Shown: positions 26,870 through 35,657 of the stretch, piece after piece
How the letters are laid out: every line of letters begins with the position of its first letter
How positions within the stretch are numbered: the first letter of the stretch is position 1
Virus record (IMG/VR): IMGVR_UViG_3300027686_001029
Direction: 5' to 3' (one strand)
Length of the DNA: 64,000 nucleotides
Origin: a virus
Made by a program: the position numbers and the translations under genes
The notes under the pieces: generated by a model
The model's input: only the letters and a program-made list of their open reading frames with translations
Told to the model about the DNA's origin: nothing
Database searches by the model: none

Positions 26870-27292
26870 TTAATTTTTGTCTAATAGCCAACTACTTGAC
26901 TGTATCTTTTGCCCTAATCCGTCAATTAACTTTATCCCTAATTCTTTACATATTAATGATTCAGGAATAGTATCATTATTCTGGTCTCCTCCATTAGCAA
27001 AAGATAGTACGTGAGTTTCACCATATATAGCATGTACTTCTTTTAAACTTTGAATTTGAGTTTTATCAATATCCACAGATACCATAGCCCAGTCAACATA
27101 TTTTATTGCTTTAATAATTGTTAACCTTTCTTCTTCGAGTTGAAATTCTTTAGAACCTTTTAAATACCTTTGCAAGTCTGAGTTAACTATTACTATTAGC
27201 ATATCTCCTACTCCTTTAGCAATCTCTAATAATTCTAAATGACCTTTATGAATGGGGTTAAAATACCCGCTAACTATTGTTGCTTTTTTCAT
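26870..27292 (-). CDS. Cytidylyltransferase-family (HIGH-motif) nucleotidyltransferase
   Basis: SGYFNPIHKGH, VIVNSD, FANGGD, KIQSSS. Confidence 0.88.
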   Translation of the reverse strand: MKKATIVSGYFNPIHKGHLELLEIAKGVGDMLIVIVNSDLQRYLKGSKEFQLEEERLTIIKAIKYVDWAMVSVDIDKTQIQSLKEVHAIYGETHVLSFANGGDQNNDTIPESLICKELGIKLIDGLGQKIQSSSWLLDKN

Positions 27293-28310
27293 TTACCGTT
27301 GTTAATCTTCTAAAATTTTCTAGCCAACCTTCTGTGTTCTTAGTTATACCTTCTATCTTATCTATTTCTAGTAAAGATAAAAATACTCCTACTCGCAGGG
27401 TAGGAATGGGAGCTTTAATAACCTCCATAACATGCTCTTTTTCTTTATCGTCAAGTACAGTTTTATGCAAGTCCATTAATTCAAAATTGGTTTCAACTCT
27501 ATCCCATTCTGTGATAATCTTAGGAAATATTTTTTTACCGTCTAATTTTCCTTCACAGACTTCGTAAACATACTCTAAACCAGTATTAGGTTCAGTAACT
27601 AATTTAGGGAACTCTTTAATTATTGTTTTTATCCCTAATCCTTTTACTCCTGCTAAATTATCAGAATTATCACCTAATAAAGCTTTTACAACGTTGTAGT
27701 TGGTAACGTCTACTTTTAATTCTTCAGCTATATTATCCTTAGTAAACAGTACTTTTCTAATAGGAGAGTATACTTCTACTGTATCGTCTACAAGTTGTAG
27801 GAAATCTTTATCTGAAGATACTATTGTTAATTTTTTAGAATTAGAAAATGATGCTTGTTTACCTATATAGGCTATAATATCATCTGCTTCAAGTTTGTCA
27901 AGTATAATTTGCTGGACTGGTAGGTGTTCTATATAGTCCATAGTCCTATAAAGCTGTGCTATTAATGCTTCTGTTTCTTCAGCTTTAGTATCATATAACC
28001 CCCAATGTGTTATCCTATTAGTAGCTCGATTAGCTTTATAGTTAGGATCAATATTTTTCCTATTACCTGATCCTCCTTTTCCATCCCATACTATTACAAC
28101 TCTTGTAGGATCAAAAGTACGTGTAACGTAACCAAGAGAACGCAAGAAGCCAACCAGACCTCCTATATGGTGGCCTGATGGATTCATTGCCTTAAGAAGA
28201 GAAAAACTACGAATTAACATATTCATAGCATCGATCACTAAAATGTGGTCGTTCACTTCTCGGGGCGGGGTCTCTTTTAAGTTATTAAGTATATTACTAT
28301 AGTTTGCCAT
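27270..28310 (-). CDS. 5'-3' exonuclease / flap endonuclease (PolI N-terminal or phage RNase H type)
   Basis: IDAMN, WDG, YKANR, EADD, SSDKDF, GDNSDNL.GVKGLG. Confidence 0.92.
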   Translation of the reverse strand: MANYSNILNNLKETPPREVNDHILVIDAMNMLIRSFSLLKAMNPSGHHIGGLVGFLRSLGYVTRTFDPTRVVIVWDGKGGSGNRKNIDPNYKANRATNRITHWGLYDTKAEETEALIAQLYRTMDYIEHLPVQQIILDKLEADDIIAYIGKQASFSNSKKLTIVSSDKDFLQLVDDTVEVYSPIRKVLFTKDNIAEELKVDVTNYNVVKALLGDNSDNLAGVKGLGIKTIIKEFPKLVTEPNTGLEYVYEVCEGKLDGKKIFPKIITEWDRVETNFELMDLHKTVLDDKEKEHVMEVIKAPIPTLRVGVFLSLLEIDKIEGITKNTEGWLENFRRLTTVNEKSNNS

Positions 28311-29380
28311 TAATCTAAAATATTAGGTGTGATTCTTTCTTCTTCAAGGTCTCCCTCTTCTATTAAGTCGAAATCTATAGTACCTACTAATTTTAGCCAG
28401 TGATCTTTATGTGCATCTCTATATTTATCTATTGCTTTTTTATCATCTTCGATAAAACCATGTGAAGTCATTACAACTCTACCTCTTGATTGTACGCCAC
28501 CTATATGGTTTTTTTCTATCTGAATGTTTGTTCTTTTAGCAAACTCTACCTGTAAGCCATTCTTTACAGCTTTAATTTTAGAAGTACCTGGATTAGTAAT
28601 ATTTCCAAACGTTACAACTAAAGTAGCGTCATACCACATGGACATACCTCCTTTGTTCTGTAATTTAGGCTGTCCCATCGGATGCTCAGGTTTCATTGTC
28701 CAAACCTTATTGATAGCAACTAATGTATTAGTATAAGGTGAGTTTTCTTTTCTAGATAATAGAATCTTTTGATTTAGGTTATTACCGAATTGAGTAGACA
28801 TTGCTCCTGCATTCCATTCATTATTATTCTTATTAGAACGAATTGATAAATCACAAGGTATAGATCCGATTGAATCCCAGAAGAAGCACATATCATATGG
28901 TAAGTTACCTTTTGCTTGTTCATCCATTAAGTCAGCCATATATACCGCTACTTCTTCAATAGAATTTAACGAACCTCTATCTGCATATAAAAAATGACCT
29001 TCGTAATCCGTTACGGTACCGTTTTTATCGGTTACCTCATCGAACTCTAATCCCATCTCTTTAGCATGATCCCAAGACCATTTCATCTCAGATATAATGA
29101 ATACTGGTAGAATACCTGCTTTTTGAGCATTTACTGCTGCTTCTAATAACGCGGTAGTTTTTCCAGTATCACTATGTCCTCTTAATAAAGTTATATGTCC
29201 TGTTGGAATACCAGGTAGTGAAGTAATATCTTGAAATGCCTTAGACAAGGGAATCCAACCTTGCTCCTTAAATTTTACGGATGCATTTGAGAATCCTTTC
29301 TTCTTTTTAAAATTACCAAGATTAAAATTTTTCTTGACAGCCGCACTCGCGGCTTCTTGGACTTCCTTTTTCTTTGCCAT
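28310..29380 (-). CDS. recA: RecA/UvsX-like recombinase
   Basis: GHSDTGKTT Walker A, WDSIG, INKVW, GG. Confidence 0.85.
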   Translation of the reverse strand: MAKKKEVQEAASAAVKKNFNLGNFKKKKGFSNASVKFKEQGWIPLSKAFQDITSLPGIPTGHITLLRGHSDTGKTTALLEAAVNAQKAGILPVFIISEMKWSWDHAKEMGLEFDEVTDKNGTVTDYEGHFLYADRGSLNSIEEVAVYMADLMDEQAKGNLPYDMCFFWDSIGSIPCDLSIRSNKNNNEWNAGAMSTQFGNNLNQKILLSRKENSPYTNTLVAINKVWTMKPEHPMGQPKLQNKGGMSMWYDATLVVTFGNITNPGTSKIKAVKNGLQVEFAKRTNIQIEKNHIGGVQSRGRVVMTSHGFIEDDKKAIDKYRDAHKDHWLKLVGTIDFDLIEEGDLEEERITPNILD

Positions 29381-29390
29381 TTATTGTTTT

Positions 29391-30182
29391 TTACTCGTTA
29401 AATAAATCTGTAAACTTTTCTGCTTTTGTTGATCCTTGCGATTGAGCTGTCTCTAAAGAAAAATCAGTAGTAGTAGGTGCAGGTACAACTCCAGGAGTAG
29501 CAGCAGGAGCATCTGATTCTATCTCTGCAGATGGATCAAGATATTTCTGTAATTGCTTCTTTACAAAGTCGTATGCCATAGGTTTATGAACCTCCATAGG
29601 ATCTGGTTGTTCTTTTAACCATGCTTCTACTAAAGTATTATTATCGGATAAAGCAGTTTGCTTAGGTTTAATACGAACAGTAGTCTGTGGGTAAGGGTTA
29701 CCTTGTACTTGTTCTACTACTAAATCCCATCCGTTAATCACGTCCGTAATATCACCGATATCTTCATCAGCAATTAGAGAGTATAGAGCTTTCTGAATAG
29801 TAACTCCGAATCCCCATAGTCTTACTCCTTGGTCTTCTTGACCTCTTACTATAACAGGAGCAAATACTCTTGTTTTAGGGTTAAGTTTACCAGCTAAAGA
29901 CCAATTGTCTCTATCAGAAGTCTTTTTTAATTCATTTACGAACTCTTCAATAGGGTCTTGTTTACCGAAGTTAGATAGAGCTACCATAGGTCGTTCTCCT
30001 ACTCCATAGTGAAATTTCATTTCTTTGAATGGCATTGCCGGATCAAAAAATGATGGAAGCAGACGAACTGTCTGTTTTCCTAATTCAGGTTTCCAAAAGA
30101 TTTTGGTGTAGTCAGTTTTTTCTCTCTCCTGACCATTTGAGTTTAAGGCATCTAGTTTAGCCTTGATTGCATTTAAATCCAT
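29391..30182 (-). CDS. Single-stranded DNA-binding protein (gp32-like)
   Basis: FWKP..G..TVRLLP, HY, DITD..NG.D, acidic tail ending FTDLFNE. Confidence 0.75.
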   Translation of the reverse strand: MDLNAIKAKLDALNSNGQEREKTDYTKIFWKPELGKQTVRLLPSFFDPAMPFKEMKFHYGVGERPMVALSNFGKQDPIEEFVNELKKTSDRDNWSLAGKLNPKTRVFAPVIVRGQEDQGVRLWGFGVTIQKALYSLIADEDIGDITDVINGWDLVVEQVQGNPYPQTTVRIKPKQTALSDNNTLVEAWLKEQPDPMEVHKPMAYDFVKKQLQKYLDPSAEIESDAPAATPGVVPAPTTTDFSLETAQSQGSTKAEKFTDLFNE

Positions 30183-30215
30183 ATATATAACATTTAATTA
30201 ATAACCTATTATTCT

Positions 30216-30246
30216 ATAATATAAGAATAATTTTTCGAACTTACAA
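30216..30246 (-). promoter_or_regulatory. Sigma-A promoter upstream of the SSB/replication operon
   Basis: TTG-N20-TATATTAT. Confidence 0.65.
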
Positions 30247-30693
30247 CTCTAATATCTTATAAAGTTTAGTATTTATCCTTTTTAATTCGTCTCCTTTGGT
30301 TAAAAGTATACAGTTTTTGAAGTCTGGCCAATTAACTCGGAAAGTATTGTCTGCTACTCCTCCATTTAACTCTTTAATTAGTGTATTCAATGCATTAATT
30401 GTATATAATGTATTAGATTCTTTCTTTCTGTGTACTAGGATAGTATTCTCTAAAAAATTAGAAATATTACCAAAGTCTACATTATACGTACAGATGTATT
30501 CATCTTGACTCTTTGCATACAGTATAAAGATCTTGTTGTAAATGATCTTATATTTTTCCTGTATTTGCGTGAGAGTTGAATCTAGATTTTGCTCTGTAGA
30601 AAATGTGCAAAATAATTTGTTACTCATATCGTCGTTTATCCTAATAGGCTCGAAATCGTAGCTAAATGTGTTCGTGTCTTGAATGTCTATCAT
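30241..30693 (-). CDS. Hypothetical protein
   Basis: ORF preceded by the TATTTATA motif. Confidence 0.7.
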   Translation of the reverse strand: MIDIQDTNTFSYDFEPIRINDDMSNKLFCTFSTEQNLDSTLTQIQEKYKIIYNKIFILYAKSQDEYICTYNVDFGNISNFLENTILVHRKKESNTLYTINALNTLIKELNGGVADNTFRVNWPDFKNCILLTKGDELKRINTKLYKILEL

Positions 30694-30715
30694 TCTAATA
30701 TAAATATGAGTTACT

Positions 30716-32035
30716 TTATAAAACTAAACTGTTTGAATACTTAAATTTAACGGGGTATAACGAGTTGCATTCTAAAATAGACTGCAATTCACTTATTATA
30801 TGTTCTCCATCATCATCACTTAAGTCGATAATTAAAGCGTCATAGATATATAACACTAGTTCACTTTTCTTATTATCTAAATACCTAAGTACTTCTTTTA
30901 ATATAGTAATATTATTTGAGGTCTCCAACGATTGCATCATATAGTTCATTAACTTTGCTGGATGCATCTCTTTTAATGCTTTAGTAAACGGCTTTCCTGA
31001 TTGAGGATTATATACAACTCCATCTTTTTCATATGTAGCCCAAAGAGTATCTATGTACTCTTGTACTTTAATAAATATTTCTAAATTTTTATGCTCTTCT
31101 GGTATTTTACCGTATATTGCTTGAAAATTAATCTGTTTTGCCTGTATATACTGTTCATCAGTAATATCTTTAGTTCCGTAATAAAATTCAGCAAGTTGTT
31201 TGTGGGCTGATTCTGCTGTTAACTTGTAGTTAATCTGATTACAAAGTAGACGCAAGTGATAACCGTCAAAATCAAGCTCAACAAATCGGTTATTTTTAGG
31301 TCTGAAAGATTTCCTGTGTTCTTCAGATTTTGGTATTGCAGCGAAATTAACGCTATTAAAAGCATTAGTAGGTCTAGATGTAGCATTATATAAATTGTAT
31401 GAAGTTAGTACTGATTTATTAAGTGTGTTGTATTTAGGGTCCCTTGGTGTAAATAATTTAATGTAATCTTCATAATTTACTCCTATACCCGGTTGTTCTA
31501 TTAAGTAAAATACATTAGTAGCGGTTTTATTATAAAAATCAAACCCTTTTGGTATATCAAACCCTATTACGTGTTTAACTGAATTGTATGTATCCTCACA
31601 GGATTCGTGTAATTTAGCAATTGGTATGATTCTGTTAATATCATCAATTGTTCTGTACCTTGAATAGAGGTTATTGTTAATTTCCTTACTATACTCTAAT
31701 CTATCGTACTTAGTCATTGAATATAACAGTGATAGATCTATTGCTCCCTGTAAATTGAAGTGGTATAACAGATCCTTTTTGTTTAATGTATATAGTAGTG
31801 GTATTTTCGAAAGAATTGCAGAGACACAAGATTTCGATAGGTTAACTCCTTCTTCATGGTCGATAGGGATAATATATCCTTTAGTATCATGGACGGGTCG
31901 TAAATATACTGCAACAGTTTTAGATAATTTAGGATGGTAGTAGTTATTAGTAGTTATAACATCTACGTATAACCCATCTTTTGATAATTCCAGTAATTTT
32001 TCGAGTTTAGACTCTTCTTCAACTATATAAAACAC
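30716..32035 (-). CDS. Second, short and divergent family A polymerase-like protein
   Basis: TSRPTN, motif A-like LDFDGYHLRLL, motif B AKQINFQAIYG, motif C-like LYIYDAL. Confidence 0.75.
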   Translation of the reverse strand: MFYIVEEESKLEKLLELSKDGLYVDVITTNNYYHPKLSKTVAVYLRPVHDTKGYIIPIDHEEGVNLSKSCVSAILSKIPLLYTLNKKDLLYHFNLQGAIDLSLLYSMTKYDRLEYSKEINNNLYSRYRTIDDINRIIPIAKLHESCEDTYNSVKHVIGFDIPKGFDFYNKTATNVFYLIEQPGIGVNYEDYIKLFTPRDPKYNTLNKSVLTSYNLYNATSRPTNAFNSVNFAAIPKSEEHRKSFRPKNNRFVELDFDGYHLRLLCNQINYKLTAESAHKQLAEFYYGTKDITDEQYIQAKQINFQAIYGKIPEEHKNLEIFIKVQEYIDTLWATYEKDGVVYNPQSGKPFTKALKEMHPAKLMNYMMQSLETSNNITILKEVLRYLDNKKSELVLYIYDALIIDLSDDDGEHIISELQSILECNSLYPVKFKYSNSLVL

Positions 32036-32086
32036 TTGTATAACCTTTTTATTTAATATAAGAATAAATAAGTTATAAAAAAACTA

Positions 32087-32947
32087 TTACAGCATTTGAT
32101 CTCGATCTCTATTTGAACCTCCGCTTCTACCTCCTGATCTTCTAGTGCTTATCATTCCTTTTGGATCATTTACCCTTCTTCTTTGAGGACTCGGTGTTTT
32201 TTTCTTTTTAACTCTCTCAATATTTTTCTCCTTAACTACTATTTCTTTTTCTACCTTAGGGGTAATAGGTCGAGGTATTGGTTTTGATTTAGGATTCAAT
32301 AAATCATTTAACTGGTTTAATGCACCTTCAATATCAATTTTAGATTTATAAGGTACGAAAGGTTTTAACTTAGCTTTTTCAGCTGCTATTGCGGCTTGAA
32401 TAAATGAGTTAGCTTGTCCTTCCGTAAGTATAAATTCAGTAGTATCGTTTAAAATTAAAGCAATACCTGGGAATATTATTTGCGATTGATCAATTACGTC
32501 TTGATTTTTACGTTTTAACCCCGGGTGCTGATAGTCATTAATAATGGTATCTTCTGCAAGTCCTACTATATTCCACTGTACCTTTAAGGTTCTTCTATAT
32601 AATTTACCTTCTTTTTGTTCAGCAAGATATTGTTTAGGATCAGTTTCTACAATTTTATTTTTTCTTATGTCTCTTATAAAATACCTATCGTATGTTTTTT
32701 TCTGATAGTCTTTATATGTAGGTTTTCTATAAACTCTAGTCAATCCTAATTCTTTAGCAACTAAGTTTGGATCTATATCAGGAACAAATTCTAGGGATAC
32801 TGATTCAGCTGTTACTTCTTCTCCTTTGTAAAAATTACCTAGAAAATCTTGCACAAACTTACCGCCGAAAGCTCTTCCAGTTACTTTATCAAGTAGTTTC
32901 CCACCGATCTTTCCTCCTACTATTTGTTTTATCTTAGGTATATACAT
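32087..32947 (-). CDS. Hypothetical protein at the end of the baseplate operon
   Basis: Co-oriented with baseplate genes; basic C-terminus. Confidence 0.6.
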   Translation of the reverse strand: MYIPKIKQIVGGKIGGKLLDKVTGRAFGGKFVQDFLGNFYKGEEVTAESVSLEFVPDIDPNLVAKELGLTRVYRKPTYKDYQKKTYDRYFIRDIRKNKIVETDPKQYLAEQKEGKLYRRTLKVQWNIVGLAEDTIINDYQHPGLKRKNQDVIDQSQIIFPGIALILNDTTEFILTEGQANSFIQAAIAAEKAKLKPFVPYKSKIDIEGALNQLNDLLNPKSKPIPRPITPKVEKEIVVKEKNIERVKKKKTPSPQRRRVNDPKGMISTRRSGGRSGGSNRDRDQML

Positions 32948-35346
32948 TACATTCCAGTTGAATACATTAAAGCTTTAACATTTGTAACCCATTTATTATC
33001 TGCGCCTACATCATGAGATATTCCTGTTATAATATACGCAAATCTTTTATACCTATCAGGTAAAATAGTATTATTTATTCTAAAGGTAAGTCCTATTTTG
33101 AATCCTGCTATTCCTTGTAGCTTTAAAGACAGTTCAATAGGTACAGGTAGTGGATCAAAACTAAATTCTTTATCAATATCCAGTCGCAATTGTTCTTTTA
33201 TATTTTTAGCCCCTTGTTCTGCTATTATAGGCCAAATATAGGTATTAGTCACACCCTCACTTAATTGATCGTATCCTTTTCTTAGTAATTCTGTGTAATT
33301 AAGTTTGGGGTCTTCATCGGATTTTTGAGATTCTTCTTTGTCAATTTTACATGCCTTTTCTGCTTTAGCATTTGCCTTGTATGGAAAGTGTCTGTCTACT
33401 GCTCCTAAATTCCATTGCATCATAGCCTCAACATTAGAGTTATACCCAGACCCTACTGATCCTTGAGCTGCTATGGAAACTTGAGAAGAAGTGTTAGATG
33501 ATATTTTGCTCTCTACACCTAATTCTAAGACTGTAGAATTTAATCCGGATTCTGCAATAATAGGTATCCCTCCTTTAAGGCCTCCTGATGGGAACCCTCT
33601 ATCTACTATAGTGAACATCTTCAAGTTTTGGTCAAACATATACGTAAAATGGTTTATTCCTCCAAATGCATCATTAATAATGTTACATATTAAATCAATA
33701 AATGTGAGTATAGACTTTTCTCCATCAACCATCGTCTCTTCATATGCTTGAAGTATAGAATCTGTTTCTATTAATACTGATAAACAGTCATCTATAGGTA
33801 CTCCTTTTTTAATGGCAGCTACATTTAAACTCACATTAAAGCCTTTTCCTTTTACTACGTTATCTGGATTTAATGTCGGGGTGCCTAATTTTATTGCTTT
33901 TGTAGGTGCTATACTATAGTGTGATTTATAGGTTTTAAACTTTTCCCCTAGTTGTTCACTAAATAATACTACCGCTTCTCCGTTTGAAGCATTCTTAGGC
34001 ATTTCTATTGAGTTAATAATAGAAAGTAGGGTACGGAACGAAATGTAAGTTAAATTTTCACCTGGTGTTAGAAACTTATTAAACATTATTGATGCCCAAC
34101 GAAGTAAGTTACCCCCCATAGTGTTAGAACTATCATCATTTACTGCTTCTGATTTTACTACAAAAAACTCTAAAGTAGTAGAGCTACAATCATGGTTATA
34201 TAATCCCTTATAAAGCTTCCGTTGCTGTTTATCAGTTATAGATTGAGCTCCTGTTAAATAGTCGTATATTTTGACACCTAATGCATACGGTTTTTTTAGT
34301 CCTGCCAGTGCTCGCTTCTTTATCTCACCGCGAAGTGCCATTTCCAAAGGGTAGTCATAACCATCTTTAGCATTATCTGCATTATGGGTCCAAATATCAT
34401 TTCCAAATATTTGCAAATTTCGAAGGAGAAAGTGCATGGCTGATATATCTTCAGTGTCGTCTCTTCCTTTCTCACCATCTGGTCCAGGGTTACATACAAA
34501 TGTGGTTATCTGTACTCCAGTTTTTAAACTTTCTACAATCGATCCTTTTGAAGTAAGTTTAACTGTGCATTTATATGTACCGTCTTTATTAAAAGAGTAC
34601 GAAAAGTTAGTTATAAATCCGAAGAGTCCGTCGTAATTATAATCTGTTTTTTTCTTAAGTTTATCTATTTGAAGTACTATGTCATCAGCTTTATCAGATG
34701 ATTTAAACCAAAGATCTTCGCTAATTTTTTCTCCTGCAGTTTTAACTCTATTTCCGTCATTATCTATATATACCGTATGGCCCCATTCTAACAACGCAGA
34801 GTATCCAGGTCTAAAGAAGAGCAATTCAGCATCCTCTAACTGTTCTTGAGAGTTAAGTGTAAAATTAACTGTTGCTGTTCTTAACTGACCGTATGCTCCT
34901 TTGGTTGCTACAGATATACCCGTTAATCCTGGCATTGGTCTGAATCCCATACTATCGTAGTTCAGGTAAGCTTCTGTATCTCTTTGTAAAGCAGCAGCTC
35001 CGTGATAATCATCAGAGTCTTTGCTGTTAAGTATCCCTGATCTAGGTGTTTTACTATCGGGGTTTAAAGTTCCTCCTAATAGTTCGTAATTCTGTGCTTT
35101 AATTGGGCTCCCTCTTTTAACATTCGTATTAATTATACAGTTATTTTTAGATGCATTAAAGATATCTCGAGCATCATTATAAGTAACTTTGTTAACACTA
35201 GATCTAAATATTGCAAACCCAGTATTTGAATTTATAGCTTCCATCTCATCTAAAGTTTTATTATTAGATGAAAGTGCTTCTCCTCGTACCTTAATTTGTT
35301 TTGCTACTTTATCGGGAATAGGTGAACCTAATACTTGTTTTGACAT
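32947..35346 (-). CDS. Putative baseplate hub protein
   Basis: RPMPG, FFRPGYSALLEWG, YDGLFGFITNFSYS, PIELSLKLQGIAGF..G; position in the tail module. Confidence 0.6.
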   Translation of the reverse strand: MSKQVLGSPIPDKVAKQIKVRGEALSSNNKTLDEMEAINSNTGFAIFRSSVNKVTYNDARDIFNASKNNCIINTNVKRGSPIKAQNYELLGGTLNPDSKTPRSGILNSKDSDDYHGAAALQRDTEAYLNYDSMGFRPMPGLTGISVATKGAYGQLRTATVNFTLNSQEQLEDAELLFFRPGYSALLEWGHTVYIDNDGNRVKTAGEKISEDLWFKSSDKADDIVLQIDKLKKKTDYNYDGLFGFITNFSYSFNKDGTYKCTVKLTSKGSIVESLKTGVQITTFVCNPGPDGEKGRDDTEDISAMHFLLRNLQIFGNDIWTHNADNAKDGYDYPLEMALRGEIKKRALAGLKKPYALGVKIYDYLTGAQSITDKQQRKLYKGLYNHDCSSTTLEFFVVKSEAVNDDSSNTMGGNLLRWASIMFNKFLTPGENLTYISFRTLLSIINSIEMPKNASNGEAVVLFSEQLGEKFKTYKSHYSIAPTKAIKLGTPTLNPDNVVKGKGFNVSLNVAAIKKGVPIDDCLSVLIETDSILQAYEETMVDGEKSILTFIDLICNIINDAFGGINHFTYMFDQNLKMFTIVDRGFPSGGLKGGIPIIAESGLNSTVLELGVESKISSNTSSQVSIAAQGSVGSGYNSNVEAMMQWNLGAVDRHFPYKANAKAEKACKIDKEESQKSDEDPKLNYTELLRKGYDQLSEGVTNTYIWPIIAEQGAKNIKEQLRLDIDKEFSFDPLPVPIELSLKLQGIAGFKIGLTFRINNTILPDRYKRFAYIITGISHDVGADNKWVTNVKALMYSTGM

Positions 35347-35351
35347 AACTA

Positions 35352-35657
35352 CTATAATTTCTCATTAAATTCAGTAAATAGGTTCTTAGCAGCTGTACCG
35401 TTAGCAGGAATTCTTAACTGTACACCCGGTTTTACTATCAGCCCATCTGTTTTAGATACATTTGCTGATGCTATTACCCACCAGAGTTTATGGTCTCCGT
35501 AAAACTGCTGTGCTAAAGTATCGTATCTATCACTACCTGTTGTAATAACATATAAGTCATTATCAGTAACAGGTATGTCTGGGTAAATGGCATTTTTATA
35601 GTACCTTTTCCCTTCATCTGTTTTTAATACCTCTATTTCTTTATATCTATTAGCCAT
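35352..35657 (-). CDS. LysM-like baseplate wedge protein (gp53/TailX type)
   Basis: DRYDTLAQQFYGD..LWWVIA.AN, G..LRIP. Confidence 0.8.
   Translation of the reverse strand: MANRYKEIEVLKTDEGKRYYKNAIYPDIPVTDNDLYVITTGSDRYDTLAQQFYGDHKLWWVIASANVSKTDGLIVKPGVQLRIPANGTAAKNLFTEFNEKL

Noticed and set aside
2993-29380. Inteins, introns or homing endonucleases in polA, nrdA/B, dnaB, recA
   Set aside because: Protein lengths are normal and motifs contiguous; no intein splice motifs, LAGLIDADG, HNH or GIY-YIG seen
221-30182. Bacterial chromosome origin, suggested by groEL, nrdAB, recA, folE and que genes
   Set aside because: Single-strand dense packing contiguous with sheath, tube, baseplate and tape measure genes and a gp32-like SSB indicates a phage genome
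32053-32084. Additional sigma-A promoter upstream of the second PolA
   Set aside because: The -7 element TATATTAA is present but there is no TTG at the expected -33 spacing, so it was not listed as a feature
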